This document shows, one piece after another, positions 1-13,420 of a stretch of 64,000 bases of DNA. Made by a program: the position numbers and the translations under genes. Each line of letters starts with the position of its first letter. Within the stretch, counting starts at the first letter, position 1. A model generated the notes under the pieces. That model had not been told where the DNA came from. It searched no databases and was given only the letters and a program-made list of their open reading frames with translations. Source of the stretch: Octopus sinensis (Eukaryota); contig NC_043019.1 in NCBI RefSeq assembly GCF_006345805.1, positions 1,178,001-1,242,000 on the forward strand. Direction: 5' to 3'.

Positions 1-235
1 TACGAAACTTCTATTCTTTTCTCACATACTATATTAATGGAATATAAAGCTCTGTAGTGACCTACGATTTCAGATCTTCTCCAGGGAGGAAGAAGTCTGC
101 AAATTCGCAACCGATTACAAATATGAATATATATAATGAGAATATATAAAATTAGTGCGTAATATATTTCTATATATAATTCGAAATGGAATGTATCTTA
201 TGTATGCATACATAAATACACACACACACGCACAT

Positions 236-318
<83 letters not shown>

Positions 319-700
319 ATTTGGTGATATCAAACAGTTCTTCTAATGGCTCAAATTTGCCTTTCTTGGGGCATTTGTCATATGAATGAAGAGTATTTTC
401 GAGCTTGGACCGCATTGCTTGCTCGGAAATGATTGTAACTTCAGATTATCTCCGCGACTCTCTCCTTTCTGCCTTTAATTGTTTTACCAACAAGCACCGA
501 CAAACAATCTGCTCTTTAAGTGGGATTTCGCTTCTGCTGGGTAGTGATGCTTCTCCTACAGGTACACGTCCTCTATATGAGTACGACTGGACACTGCAGG
601 AAATTTCTCCTCCATTTCTCCTTGTTCTTAAAAACTTAGATTTCCCTGAATAACATAGCACTACCAGTCATTCGGAACTCGTTCCCGCCTTCGTTCTCGT
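319..700 (-). pseudogene. Decayed transposase-like ORF, N-terminal part
   Basis: ORF 446..661 continues in frame past one TAA into SEVTIISEQAMRSKLENTLHSYDKCPKKGKFEPLEELFDITK. Non-repetitive, protein-like, and resembles from memory a family of uncharacterised transposase-derived proteins. Family not confirmed. Confidence 0.4.
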
Positions 701-727
701 TCTAAGGAGAAAATTTTTAACACTTTC

Positions 728-758
<31 letters not shown>

Positions 759-779
759 GAAAGTGTTTATAAAAAAATA

Positions 780-861
780 TATGTATATTGGTTATTTATG
801 TATTGGTTTACGTCTATCACTGCTTGAGTTGCATAATAGTGGTTTTATCTCTAATTTATAT

Positions 862-862
<1 letters not shown>
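780..862. repeat. Short fragment of the TA-associated repeat also seen at 62190-62613
   Basis: Reverse complement reads aaattagagataaaaccactatt...cagtga...aaccaataca, matching 62193-62260. Abuts a TA tract. Confidence 0.6.
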
Positions 863-895
<33 letters not shown>

Positions 896-945
896 AATAT
901 ATATATATATGTATGTATGTATGTGTATATTTATATATATATATA

Positions 946-1335
946 TATATTGTATAGAGGACATTATTAAACATAAATGCCACACGCTAGGAGGGACTTT
1001 CAAAGTCATTACTACCAAAAATAAACGAATCGTACCGAATACAGCTCTCGAAGCAAGATGAACAAAAGACGTAGATAATACGTTAATTGCGAAATCACAG
1101 GTAATCTGGAACTAAATTATGTTTCTAAATGTCTTGTTTCGAGAGCTGTATTCGGTACGACTCGTTTATTTTTTGTAGTAATGACTTTGAAAGTCCCTCC
1201 TAGCGTGTGGCATTTATGTGTAATAATGCCTCTATACAATATAAACAAATATTTTCAAGTGAAAAAATTATCAGATAATTTTCAGATTTTTTCTCTTACG
1301 AGGTTTTTCACGATTTTATCCTTAATTGTTAAATT
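946..1335 (+). mobile_element. H1-family fold-back element, older copy, decayed HHR
   Basis: About 110-bp inverted arms (946-1060 and 1131-1243). Homologous to 29096-30168 (gtccctcctagcgtgtggcat, aatgcctctata, ttctcttacgaggtttttcacg, ccttaattg). TA tracts on both sides. Confidence 0.75.
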
Positions 1336-1363
1336 TATATATATATATATATACATATATATA

Positions 1364-1394
<31 letters not shown>

Positions 1395-1516
1395 CTCTGT
1401 GTGTGTGTGTATTTATGTATGCATACATAAGTTACATTGCATTTCGAATTATATATAGAAATATATGACGCACTAATTTTATATATTCTCATTATATATA
1501 TTCATATTTGTAATCA

Positions 1517-2030
1517 GAAGCTTTACTTAGCCCCGGTTCAGTTACCCAACACCAAAGCACGGGAAAAGTGGGCTATTCGACAGACAAAGCCGCAAGCAAG
1601 CACACTATCCATCTTTCCAAGAGAAGAAGATGCTCGGATACTGAAGCCTCACATTCTTTATCAAACCCAAAAGCCCTGGTTACAGACAGTGACTCTGTAG
1701 AAGAGATTGAAGAGTACAAGTATTGTGAATATGACAGATTTGATAGAAATGATAGCGATAGTGATGGCACTTATTCCTCCACAAGAAGACACAGCAAATC
1801 TGCAGTTCGTACGAGACATGTAACTGGAACAAACGTGTCTACCAAAAAAAAAAAAAAATGAGAAAATCTGCAAACAGTTGTCAGAGGGGATTGATATCCC
1901 AGTTCCTAGACAGAAAGGCATTTACATAGGCACCCTTAAAGGAAGCTGGTCTTTCATTGATTAAAGAAAATGAAATTCAAGAAATCAGACAATAACTATG
2001 AAATAGAACGAGTAGTTCTGCTTCACTGCA
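1517..2030 (+). pseudogene. Decayed transposase-like ORF, continuation
   Basis: GKVGYSTDKAASKHTIHLSKRRR...VSTKKKKK, then a frameshift in the poly-A to EKICKQLSEGIDIPVPRQKGIY, then WSF and ERVVLL in broken frames. Confidence 0.4.
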
Positions 2031-2109
2031 GACTGCATCGAGCATCTGACTTAGGTGTACATACACACGCAGACACACACACGCACACGCAAATACATAT
2101 AGGGATATG

Positions 2110-2289
2110 TGACCTCGTGTGCGCCGCCGGCAATTTTTTTTCCTCTGTCTTCCCTTCTCGGGATCTTTCCTTCTCCTTTGTTTCCGACGAAGAGGTCCCT
2201 TCTTTCCTTAGCGTCCAATAATACATTATTTGTTCCACGTCCTCGCGTTGCTGTGTGCTTTTTTGTGTTTTCTTGTTTGGATTAACTAA

Positions 2290-2290
<1 letters not shown>
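2110..2290 (+). mobile_element. H6-family element with internally deleted HHR
   Basis: Reverse-complement homolog of 18694-18950. gtttccgacgaagaggtcc jumps directly to cttctttcc, removing the GAAAC half of the ribozyme. Confidence 0.7.
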
Positions 2291-2325
<35 letters not shown>

Positions 2326-2361
2326 ATGCATATATATGTGTATCTATAAACATATGCATGT

Positions 2362-2404
<43 letters not shown>

Positions 2405-2476
2405 TGTTACTTGTATATATATATAACGTTGAGTGACACATAATAAACATAATAAAAATATGTTTATATTAGCATG

Positions 2477-2532
<56 letters not shown>

Positions 2533-2634
2533 TATGTGCAAGCATATATACGTATGTATGTATATATACAAACACACACTCGCACAATCACATATGTATA
2601 TAAACTTATACAAACACAATCACATTTCAGTACG

Positions 2635-2681
<47 letters not shown>

Positions 2682-3295
2682 AAACGAATGTGTACGCGAG
2701 TGCATGACCAAACGTCTATGTGCGAGTGTGTACCATTAAATGTGAGTGTATGACTGTAGAGTGTGCAGCTGCAGTACGAGCCGCTCCCACGAGTTATTTC
2801 AGTACAGAATCTAGTATAAACAACTCAACTCCTAGATTAGGATGCTTTAGAAGCTGTTAAGTCTATGGGAAAAAGAGCTACAATAAACGAGATATATTCT
2901 GGGAGGAATATGGTTTTGATCTAGCAGCAGATCTATAATTAGTAATAAAACATATTCTCATTGTCGATAATCGATGTCAGCTCGAAATAAAACACCTCTT
3001 CGCATGTGAATCAACATCATTTATTTCCTCAGCCAGCCATTGAAATCTTCCACGCAGATAACAGATAACAGATAAACATCAACATCCAATAAATGGAACG
3101 CTTATTTATTTTAGCATTAACATCGCCATAACGATATTTTAGCGACAAAAGCAAAGCAAATAAGGAATATATTACAGAGCTTTAAGAAGAAATGGTATGG
3201 GAGTGCAATGTTTGTATATGTGTGTATGTATATATATATATATGTATATATCATTATATGTGTATACATGTGTTTATATATATATATAATATATA

Positions 3296-3396
3296 TATAT
3301 ATGTATATGTATATATCATTATATATATATACGTTTAAATATATATATATAAATATATGTATATGTATATATCATTATATATATATACGTTTAAAT

Positions 3397-3412
<16 letters not shown>
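3296..3412. repeat. Tandem duplication of an approximately 57-bp TA-rich unit
   Basis: atgtatatgtatatatcattatatatatatacgtttaaatatatatatat occurs twice within a TA tract. Confidence 0.7.
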
Positions 3413-3446
<34 letters not shown>

Positions 3447-3447
3447 C

Positions 3448-3511
<64 letters not shown>

Positions 3512-4119
3512 TATATATTATATATATATATATATATATACGAGCGATTACTCAGACGAAGGAACGGTATTATATAGATTATTGGGAGTTACATCTATAA
3601 ATCAAATAAGTCCGATTGAGTCTCTTTGTTATTTTGGGTTTCAAGTCTGTGGCTAGTTGTTGGCCATCGGCGTATGAAGGAATGCCCGATTGAAGGCAAT
3701 CAGTTTACTACTTGAAACGAACCTGCGATTGGTTGACATAGGTTACGCGGTATGGCGTTTTGATGCTCCTATTTCAGCGACAACAATTAGTCGGAAAACT
3801 CCGCATGGTGAATAGGAAATCGACTGCGTGGTGGAGAGGAGAATTGCTGTGTGGTTTTCGGGGGGAATAGAAAGGAGCGGTAAATGTGGAGGTATAAATG
3901 TATATATATATACCTGTATATACCCATATATCTGCGGGCATGAATACGTGCTGATGCGAGTATGTGTGTGCATAGATGTACATTCAGACATTCAAAATAT
4001 ATTGTTATGAACTGTTGGATAGATTGTCGCTGTAATTTAACGGTGAACACTTGTCGCACATCGAATCGCAATCATTCGTCATAGACACATATGCGTCTTT
4101 GATACTCAGCAAACTGAAT

Positions 4120-4295
4120 GCAGCGAGCTGGCAGAATCGTAAGAAGGTCATGCTTAATGTTATTCTATCCATCCTTACGTTTTGAGTTCAAATTCCACCG
4201 AGACCAACTTTACCTTTCATCCTTTTGGGCTCGTTAAAATAAATGTCGGCTGAGTACTGGGACCAGTATTTATTGACTTAAACCCTCCCCACACA
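4120..4295 (+). mobile_element. SINE type A, diverged
   Basis: gcgagctggcagaatcg...gagttcaaattccacc...cctttcatccttttggg...taaatgtcggctgagtactgg. Confidence 0.75.
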
Positions 4296-5321
4296 TTTTC
4301 TAGTATTGAGTCAATATTTTCAACTAATTACATGCGAGCTCATTTAGTGTATAGTTTGGGTGATGGAACAACTGAAAGTCATGGTTGTAATCGGCCGTCG
4401 TCTAGCTAGTCATAATATGAATTATTTTTGCTATCACTAAAATCAAGTAGTCTCATCAGAAATGTATTTATATATTTTTTTCCGCTTTCCGTTGCATATT
4501 ATTCAGAGACACTCTGTTTTGTCTTCGGCGTTACACCTCTGACTTGCGATGACAGGAAATAAAGGAAAAAATTTATAAAAATTTTTGGTAGTTTTGCTTC
4601 CCAACGGTGCATGGAATTACATTAAATTGATTCATTTTTGAGCTTCTATTATCGTGGTTGGCTAAATGTATTATAGCTGTCACATACATGAGAGTTATGC
4701 CAGCAGGAGACTGTTGGTACGGACACCTACCTCGAGTACAATCCCAAAAGAAGTCACCTAACAAAAAAGCGATGCACTGATTCTGCATATGGGTCGGAGT
4801 TGGAGAGAGGACGTACAAACTAACCCAGCTATAAATTTACTTCCTTGCGTATACTGCTTACACTGTATACATAAATATATGCAAATATCCTCACACGCAT
4901 TCATACATGTATAAATATGATTATGCGAATTTCAGTAAGTTCCTCAGTAACCTTCGAGAATATATGTTACTCTCTAATAAATAGATGATATAGTAAAACA
5001 ACTGATGAAAAACAGAAGTTTTCATAAGCTTTGTTCTTGAAGTTTTTAGTTCTTACTACGGTAGGAAAGTGGTTATTATTGCTGGTTCACACTAAGATAG
5101 ATCTGATGGTGCCAACCGAAAATCAAAAATTTTCCAGCTTTGTCGCACCTACATACATTCATATATATACGTGTCGTGTGTAGATAGATACGTATTAGAA
5201 TATAATAAAATGTTTCCTGCCCCTTTTAAAAATCCCGCCTTTCAGAATGTCAATGTACTTAAGCTAATTGACCAATCCAGTGTCTGGTACACTACATCGA
5301 AAACTTTTCTCTGCTAGTTTG

Positions 5322-5540
5322 CTGCCTGGCAGAAACGTTAGCACGCTGGGCGAAATGCGTAGCCGTATTTCGTCTGCCGTTACGTTCTGAGTTCAAATTC
5401 CGAGGAGGGCGACTTTGCCTTTCATCCTTTCGGGGTCGATAAATTAAGTACCAGTTACGCACTGAGGTCGATATAATCGACTTAATCCGTTTGTCTGTCC
5501 TTGTTTGTCCCCTTTTGGCTTTTTGTGAGTAGTAAAAAAT
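5322..5540 (+). mobile_element. SINE type A
   Basis: ggcagaaacgttagcacg, B-box gagttcaaattcc, core gactttgcctttcatcctttcggggtcgataaattaagtaccag, and tail. Confidence 0.9.
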
Positions 5541-5679
5541 ATATATAATTAATTACATTGGAAAACTTACTATAAATATGTCAGCCCTTGATTCTACAGA
5601 ATTATGAGCAAACATGAAACATTTTTGTTTCACGGTGCAGCTTTCACCAATTAAACGTTAAAGATAACATTCGGTCTTG

Positions 5680-5970
5680 AATGGGATTGCACCTAGAAAG
5701 TTCCCTTCCCAAGGTACAAGTCCGAGCAATGTTGTCTATGTAAGACCATCAGTCCCCATGCATACCCAACTCCCCACATCATGTCACCGATGTTCTTCAA
5801 GGGAAGGGCGAAAGCTTGGCACCAGCGACGTCGCAACTCAATTTTTGCCAGATGAGTAAACCGGAGCAACGAGAAATAAAATGTCTTGAGCTAGAACACA
5901 TCACACAGCCCGGTCGCGGAATCGAACTCACTGCCTCATGATTGTGAGACCGACTCTCCAATCACTGAAA
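5680..5970 (-). mobile_element. SINE type B (tRNA head, CORE-like domain, tail ii), diverged
   Basis: Homologous to 58455-58792 on the opposite strand. Confidence 0.8.
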
Positions 5971-6076
5971 TATGCTTTTTCACTAATTACCCACCAATAT
6001 AGATACAATTGTGCGCATCGAGTTGCGCCGCATAATTTTATAAGGTACATAACTAATATACCTTTATTTATTTATG

Positions 6077-6383
6077 GGCCCCTTTTCAAGCCTAGCCAGG
6101 TTCATGGACCCGGTTTCCCGGTTTCTATGACATATGTGTTCCTCCCAGCTGGACGAGACGCCAGGCCATCACAGCGTTACTCAATAAACAGGAAGAGAGA
6201 GTGAGAGAAAGTTGGGGCGAAAGAGTACAACAGGAGTTGCCACCCCACCGCCCCTGCTGGAGCCTTGTGGAGCTTTTAGTTGTTTTCGCTCAATAAACAC
6301 ACACAACGACCGGTCTGGGAATCGAAACCGCGATCCTTCGACCGCGAGTCTGCTACCCTACCCACTGGTTCATTGCGCCTCCA
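6077..6383 (-). mobile_element. SINE type C
   Basis: tRNA-like head (reverse complement of ccattgcgcctcc...gggaatcgaaacc), body, and gaaaccgggaaacc-type tail. Confidence 0.85.
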
Positions 6384-6924
6384 CATTGAATACTACACAC
6401 ATTAAAATTTAAATAAAACGTTAATCAAAATGTTCAAAAAATTTTTGGGGGGAAATTCAGAAATACTGAAACCCTTTCATGGCCATTGCGCCTCCTAACT
6501 AATGTACTACTCAGAAATATTACTTAAATTCATTAGTCGCATATTATTAATTGTACGTCTTTAAAGAGATCCTTTCAAATAGCTGTGTTTGATCTGATAA
6601 ATATTTTGCCCAGCGCAACGCAGTTGAGTAAACAGATAACAAAATATGTAAACCAACAGTGTTTATTTTCCTGCAAGCTGTAGAAATAAAGGGGATAGAG
6701 ACTAACGCTACATTTAGACGACAAATTAATGCAACAAGTGAAATGGTTTAGACGATGAGTATTGTGCGATTCATGGAACAAATTGTTCATTGATCCAAGT
6801 TATTTTTTGTGACATAATCTAACGTAATTGTCTGGCATAATTAGGGTGATACAGAGAACTGAATGTGTCGGAGAATCGTTGTTGTTTAGACGTTGATTTG
6901 GTGCGGTTGAATTTGGTGCGGTCA

Positions 6925-7115
6925 GCTTATTGTTGTCCCAAGCCCATTTGGAGAGTTGGGCCATCGCAGCAGCTGCCTTGCCAATGCGTATATTGAGCTC
7001 AGCGTCAAGGGATAGGTTGTAGGTTACGGTAGAGCCCAGATAGGTAAACTTCTCCACCTCTTGTAATCTGTGGTCTCCAATATGTATGTTTGGGGTGTCC
7101 GATGTAGCCTGACCC
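6925..7115 (-). mobile_element. RTE-clade LINE reverse transcriptase C-terminal fragment
   Basis: TPNIHIGDHRLQEVEKFTYLGSTVTYNLSLDAELNIRIGKAAAAMAQLSKWAWDNNKLT carries the typical RTE FTYLGS...ELNIRIGKA motif. Confidence 0.9.
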
Positions 7116-7136
7116 ATGTTCAACCTATTTAATTGT

Positions 7137-7149
<13 letters not shown>

Positions 7150-7167
<18 letters not shown>

Positions 7168-7320
7168 CGACGGTCTACTTTCAGTTTCTGTCTATCAAAT
7201 CCACTCACAAGACTTCTGTCAGCTTAAGGCTATAATAGAAGATACTTGATCAAGATGCCAGGCAGTGGAACTGAAACCGGAACCATGTGGTTTGGAAGCA
7301 ATCTTCTAATCATACACGCA
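7150..7320 (-). mobile_element. SINE type D, 5' half
   Basis: ctttcagtttctgtctatcaaatccactcacaag...gaaaccggaaccatgtggtt, matching 51880-52040. Confidence 0.75.
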
Positions 7321-8434
7321 CAACTGATAATTTCTAGCTTACACATAATGAAAAATAATGTAACGTGGAATTGTTGTTCTAATGGTTATCTAACCATTCA
7401 AAATATGGTTATTTGTGACGAAATGTAATAAAATAATGCTTTATATTTATCAACAAGAAATGTGCTTCAATACCTGGTACAGTTTGATCGCAGCAATGTT
7501 TGGTTGCTAGTTTTAGAGAACGAGAGCCTGGTTTGCTTCGGTAGAAATTTTTTGCACTTACTAACTCTAGCGGACCAACATTATTCATTTATTGTACTAT
7601 GAACTTTACTGTCCAAGATATATCTTGCACCTCCGTTGTTCTGTTCTCAGTGAAGCATACATTTTACATCTGAAATATATTTTATTATCAAATGAAGAAA
7701 TAATTCATACAAAAACTCTACCAGATACAAGACTAATACATTGTATAAATTTCTTGCATCCTATTTATCCGCTTTGAATCAATTATTCAAATCTGTAAAT
7801 CGTATTGTAAGCATCACATAGAAAATCGAAGTTGCCACCTTCACCTCCCACACCATTTAGACGCGATTGAAGACACTTAAAGTATATGTCAGTTGATAAA
7901 ATCTCAAAGACGCTCTCTGACTTATATTGAAATGGAGTTATTAAATTTCACGCAGCGTTGCACCTAAAAGATCTCTTTTGTGATCAAAGATGTGTACACA
8001 TACACAAGTACAACAATCGCGCGTACACAAATGTACACAAGCACACATACACACCCACACCAGCACACACACACAGACACGCATATATATATATATATAT
8101 AAATACATAGAGAGAATTTAACAGATACACGTACATATACACATATGCTCTCGTGTTTCTATATGCATATGTGTATATGTATGTGCGCGAGTGTGTGTGT
8201 GTGTGTGCACGTTCGCGTGTGTGCACGTTCGCGTGTGTGTGGGTTATCATAGTGAGATACATATATACATGCTTACATACATACAAACACCCTATATATA
8301 GCTTCTAGAATATTGCCGTATTAATTGGGTCTGCCGCAACGTTATTAGGAATCATTATTACCAGGTATACATAACAATGAGATTCACACACGCACACACA
8401 TATAAATACGCAGGAGCTTGTAAATATGTGTGTA

Positions 8435-8476
<42 letters not shown>

Positions 8477-8504
8477 ATATTATATATATATATATATACA
8501 CGCA

Positions 8505-8693
8505 TATAAAAATGGATAGATACTTAGATAGATAAATAGATAGATCACTAGATCGCTAGATCGACAGACATACAGCGAAATAGATAGATAGAGAGATAGA
8601 GAGATAGTTAGATGGGGAGAGAGAGAAACAAAGAGACAGACAGACAGATATAGAGTTAAATGGATGACTAAAGAGATTAAGAGACAGATAGAC

Positions 8694-8789
<96 letters not shown>

Positions 8790-8832
8790 TGATAGAGACA
8801 GACATACAGACAGACAGACAGATGGATAGAGA
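8505..8832. repeat. (GATA)n/(GACA)n microsatellite
   Basis: Directly visible. Confidence 0.98.
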
Positions 8833-9830
8833 GAGAGAGAGTTATGCACCCATATATATTTTCTGGAACACTCTAGAACTGATTGGATCTGTCCAAACGT
8901 TGTTCAGCAATGAATATTATCAGGATTCATGGATATATCTGTCGGATGATTGCATCACCTGTTTCTCAGTTAGGTGCATCTTGATCTCGATTAGCTTGAA
9001 ATAGGCTCCAATTCATAGTTACTGATTTCATTGATTCTCTCATTACCTTTTCAATAATAGACATGTGGAATCTTTGTTATTCCAAGCAGTTAATCTTATT
9101 ACAAGCTTATAGAACAATATTATTATAAACTCAGAAACTGTGATAACTTAAACGCTAGCACTGTAGCTAAAGCGTGAATGTCTCATTTATTAACATGAAC
9201 AAGATATCCGGATGACGATTGTCAACCAAATCTCAAGTAGAAGTATTGCACAAAATAATATCAAGTTACCTCCTTGACTGATCGATGAAAGTTATTCTGA
9301 AGTGCGATGAAAACATTCTGAAGCGGTCGCAATTAATTTAAACATTTTGCAAGAGATTGTTACAATTACAGTGTTCATGTAAATGATTTATAGCATTCCA
9401 ACTCTTGTTTTCAGCGAATGAATCAAACAGTAAATCTTTCAACCCGGTGGTTATGATTCAATCAAAGTAGATGCGATAAAATGATTAATTATTATCTCCT
9501 ACCCGGATTAAATTTTGTTTATTATCTAAGTATTAAGTGAAACGATTCCCGAAAAGAAATATCTGCTTTAAGGCCAAATAAATCATCAGGAAATGAGTTT
9601 TAGCTGTGAACATTTATATTTTGGCATGGGAATAATTCATATTTGGCACATTCAATACGCTTGTTTTCACAAAATACATTTTCTAAAATATACTGTTTGG
9701 CAAATATTTCTCTGCTTTGTTATTTTTCCATCGTACATTTCCTAACATGCATTAAGAAATATAAATTAGTAAAGTAAAGAAAGCAAGCTTTGATGTGATG
9801 GCACTTACACGTATTTATTTCTCTTTTCAG

Positions 9831-9943
9831 AATACACCTCCTTCGGAGTCTACAATAGCATTTACAAAGTAGATATCAATGCAGCTAGCAATATAGGCTG
9901 TGGTATCAATTATCTTCTCATAATTCACACATTTTTCTGTTGA
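9831..9943 (+). CDS. Candidate last coding exon with GPI-signal-like C-terminus
   Basis: Strong acceptor tatttatttctcttttcag with a branch-like cttac upstream. Phase-1 frame reads (E)YTSFGVYNSIYKVDINAASNIGCGINYLLIIHTFFC, then TGA TAG. aataaa near 10185 and 10325. Confidence 0.4.
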
Positions 9944-10892
9944 TAGTGTAGCAGCATTTACTTAAGAGCTACAAGATGCATTGACAGCCAACAAATATTG
10001 CTTGATATTACAGAGAAATTCTCAAGAATATCTATATACAAATTAAGTAAAAGTATATATACATACTATAATAATTCAATGTTGGAAAGAGGAGGAATTT
10101 ATAGGAAATTATTGACATTGCTTGTGAGTTAATAAATTGCAGTTCTATCTGAGAAATATTTTAAATTTTTTTCAAAGAGGAATAAAATCAAAATATCAAT
10201 ACAGTTACTGTCACATACAACTATCCATATATATGGATGCTTAGTGATTTAAGCAAAGTAAATACAAGAAAATGCATTTTTAAACCCTTTTTAAGTCGGG
10301 CAAATCCAACTTCATGCGTAAAATAAATAAAACACAATAGTTGCGATCATTTAGCGAAAAAAGAATGAAATAAGAAAGTGAATGTGTAATATGTTAGTCT
10401 GTTATTTGCATACGAAATCATAAAGATTTATATCATTTTATCTTAGCTGAAAAATCAAAAAGAGAGTACAAATTAACAAAGAATGTGAATCCAACGGGGT
10501 GCCACAAAACCGTTAGTTGACTTGCTAATTATAGCAACCAAACCTCCCTCATATGAATCATATAGATGGTATTTTGTATAATGTTGCCTTTGACACGTAA
10601 AATAAACAAAGACTTATATTTGAAACGGAAATTGTGGTTGTTTGTTATATTTTAATCGGTAGAGTTTATCGAGGTTATAGTAATATTCAGATAAATACGT
10701 ATAGCTTTCGTTTAAAACAAAAATCATCAAATTAAGATATTTTTGAACAGAAGTGATATAAAGTTAGTTCAAGAAGTAAGGCGTGGTTGTCACTGTGGTT
10801 GAAGATAACGTTGAAACATATATGTCTGTGTATGTGTGTGTGTGTGTGCAGGCGCACATGTATACACATGCGGATACATGTATATATTATAT

Positions 10893-10955
<63 letters not shown>

Positions 10956-11057
10956 ACACAAATGCATATGCATATGTATATACATACACACATGCATATA
11001 TATCTGTATATGTATAGCTATATACATATATGTATATAATACATATATACATACATC

Positions 11058-11120
<63 letters not shown>

Positions 11121-11167
11121 ATATATATATATGCTCTACTTTGAGCATTAGTATTAACTGCAATTGG

Positions 11168-11400
11168 TGAAGGCGCGTGAGTTAGTGACTAGGGCAATTG
11201 GTTCACGTTGCTTCAGCGACTCAGATGGCACAAACGAGCCAGCCTTGTCACATTCTGCGTCACGCAAAATCTTCCTGAGAACTACGATAAAGGTACACGT
11301 GTCTGCAGAGTGCTCATCCACTTCCCTGTTAATTCCATGAGCTGGCAGTTCCGTTGATCGATCAACTGGAACCCTTGTCATCGTAACCGACGTGGAGCCA
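11168..11400 (+). mobile_element. SINE type B (tail i), internally deleted
   Basis: gaaggcgcgtgagttagtg head, and tail gccttgtcacattctgcgtcacg...cgtaaccgacg. Confidence 0.75.
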
Positions 11401-12241
11401 GTATTCCTTATAATTGCAAAACACGAAACAGCCTGAAAACTTCTCCTCTAAATGCTGAAAATATATTTACATGAAGTCATTAATTTTTCGATATTGCTAA
11501 CAAGACCTTAGTTTACATTTCCGCTGTTAAATTTTGGAAATTTCTCGAACGTTCCCAACAGTAACAAAGAGACATGCGAAATTGTTGCAACTGAAATACA
11601 GAAAACAAACGTTTTCAGTAAATATTTAATATTTACATGTGAAAGGTATAATCTAAGTTAAAAGACATACATTCCAACTTTTATTCATTGACCGGCAATT
11701 TCAACTTAATATTTCTGAAAGCAATGCCAACTGCGTTTATTTCTTCAAAAGAATTATTAAATATATTTATTACGGGCGATTATGTTATTACCCTAGCTGC
11801 GCTCTACTTCACGTATAAAATCAATGATTCGTTTATTTCTCTGTTGAAGTCGGACGAACAACTTCACATACGTTTACAATCGCACATGACTATAAATATG
11901 TATGAATATGAATATTCATGAATATGTTCAGAGCGATTTATAGAGCTGACTAGGGGATTGTAACACGCAATAATTTTTTTTTATAAACGTTTCATGTAAT
12001 ATATTTATGAGTCACGGATTACTAAAAGTGGAAAACGTAAAACTTGCAAGTTTATATTAATTGCAGTATGCTGGTTGAATTACGCTTGTGGTTTTGGTAA
12101 GAGAAGGAAGGGCAGCGTCAATACATTCTGAAAGTGTATGGCTCCGATTTGGAGTGATTACCCTCAGATTAAGTATAAAATCTTGTATACAAATAAATGT
12201 TTACGTACATGTATGCATGCATGTATGTTTCTCTCACTCTC

Positions 12242-12309
<68 letters not shown>

Positions 12310-12327
12310 TATATATATATATATATA

Positions 12328-12385
<58 letters not shown>

Positions 12386-12807
12386 GTAGAAGATTGAAAA
12401 TTAACAATGAGTTGATATATCTATGGAAAATGAGATCAGGTGAAGATTTCATTGCAATTTCATTGTATGTGGAAAAATGAGTCAAAATTGAGATTTTGAT
12501 TGACTCAGGTTGTCTTATGCTCTTTAAGACAACCGAAAGAGAAAAAGATAACCCAAAGCAATGAAATCACTTTTAACAGAAGCCCAAGTACAAAGGGTAC
12601 TTGATAAAATATCGTAATCCAACTTGTTCTATTGTTCTCAGTGGTTTTCAAATTTTTAATCACATTGTATATTTGTGCTTCAGGCATCCTGCATATTAAA
12701 GAGGCATTTTTGGGAATGAACACCTTAGAAATGGCTACTCCCGAAGAGAAGACAGAATGTATTTGAATATTAATTAATGTCCTGCTACACTATATTTGTG
12801 TATTTTA

Positions 12808-13024
12808 AGGCGGCGAGCTGGCAGAAACGTTAGCACACCGGGCGAAATGTGTAGCCGTATTTCGTCTGTCATCACGTTCTGAGTTCAAATTCCGCCGAGG
12901 TCGATTTTGCCTTTCATCCTTTCGGGGTCGATAAATAAAGTACCAGTTTCGCACTGGGGTCGATGTAATCGACTTCATCCCTTTGTCTGTCTTTGTTTGT
13001 CCCCTTGTGGGTAGTAAAGAAATA
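12808..13024 (+). mobile_element. SINE type A with 16-bp TSD
   Basis: Full body. TSD tatatttgtgtatttt at 12791-12806 and 13025-13040. Confidence 0.95.
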
Positions 13025-13420
13025 TATATTTGTGTATTTTGAAATGTAATTTTCAAGTTTATTAAAAAATATAGATCTCGTTGTGAAAAGTGAACAAAGT
13101 CTTTACACCATTGGGTTAAATTTTAAGCTCCCGAGAGAAAAAAATATATGTACGTTTCTCAATAGATTGTAAATTTGTTTGACCTTTATCAGAGAGAGAA
13201 TGCCAATGACTTGTGAACGATGAGATTTGTAGCTTACTAAAAACTAGGTTTTTGTTAATTTCCTTAATCTAATTTGCAGAAACTGCTTACGATTACAATG
13301 TAGGATAATTAATTCTTACTGGGCTGATTTGCACACAACATAGAATAACTAATTCTTTTTCAACCACACAGAAATATCAGCTAATTTGAAATGTATAATA
13401 AACGTAGGACACGATAATGT

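Noticed and set aside
719-767. Short inverted repeat across a TA tract (aacactttcat/atgaaagtgtt)
   Set aside because: Real but only about 11 non-TA bp per arm, too little to interpret.
946-1243. MITE with 110-bp TIRs
   Set aside because: Homology extends past the right arm and matches the H1 ribozyme element, and there is no TSD.
4573-4818. 81-aa minus-strand ORF with faint resemblance to Cys-loop receptor TM2-TM3
   Set aside because: No convincing motif, splice context or neighbouring exons.
5002-5035. CUGAUGA followed by an AAAAC/GUUUU hairpin
   Set aside because: No GAAA and no consistent stem I, so not an HHR.
12505-12723. 72-aa ORF with a hydrophobic C-terminal half
   Set aside because: No homology recognised, and hydrophobic frames are common in T-rich DNA.
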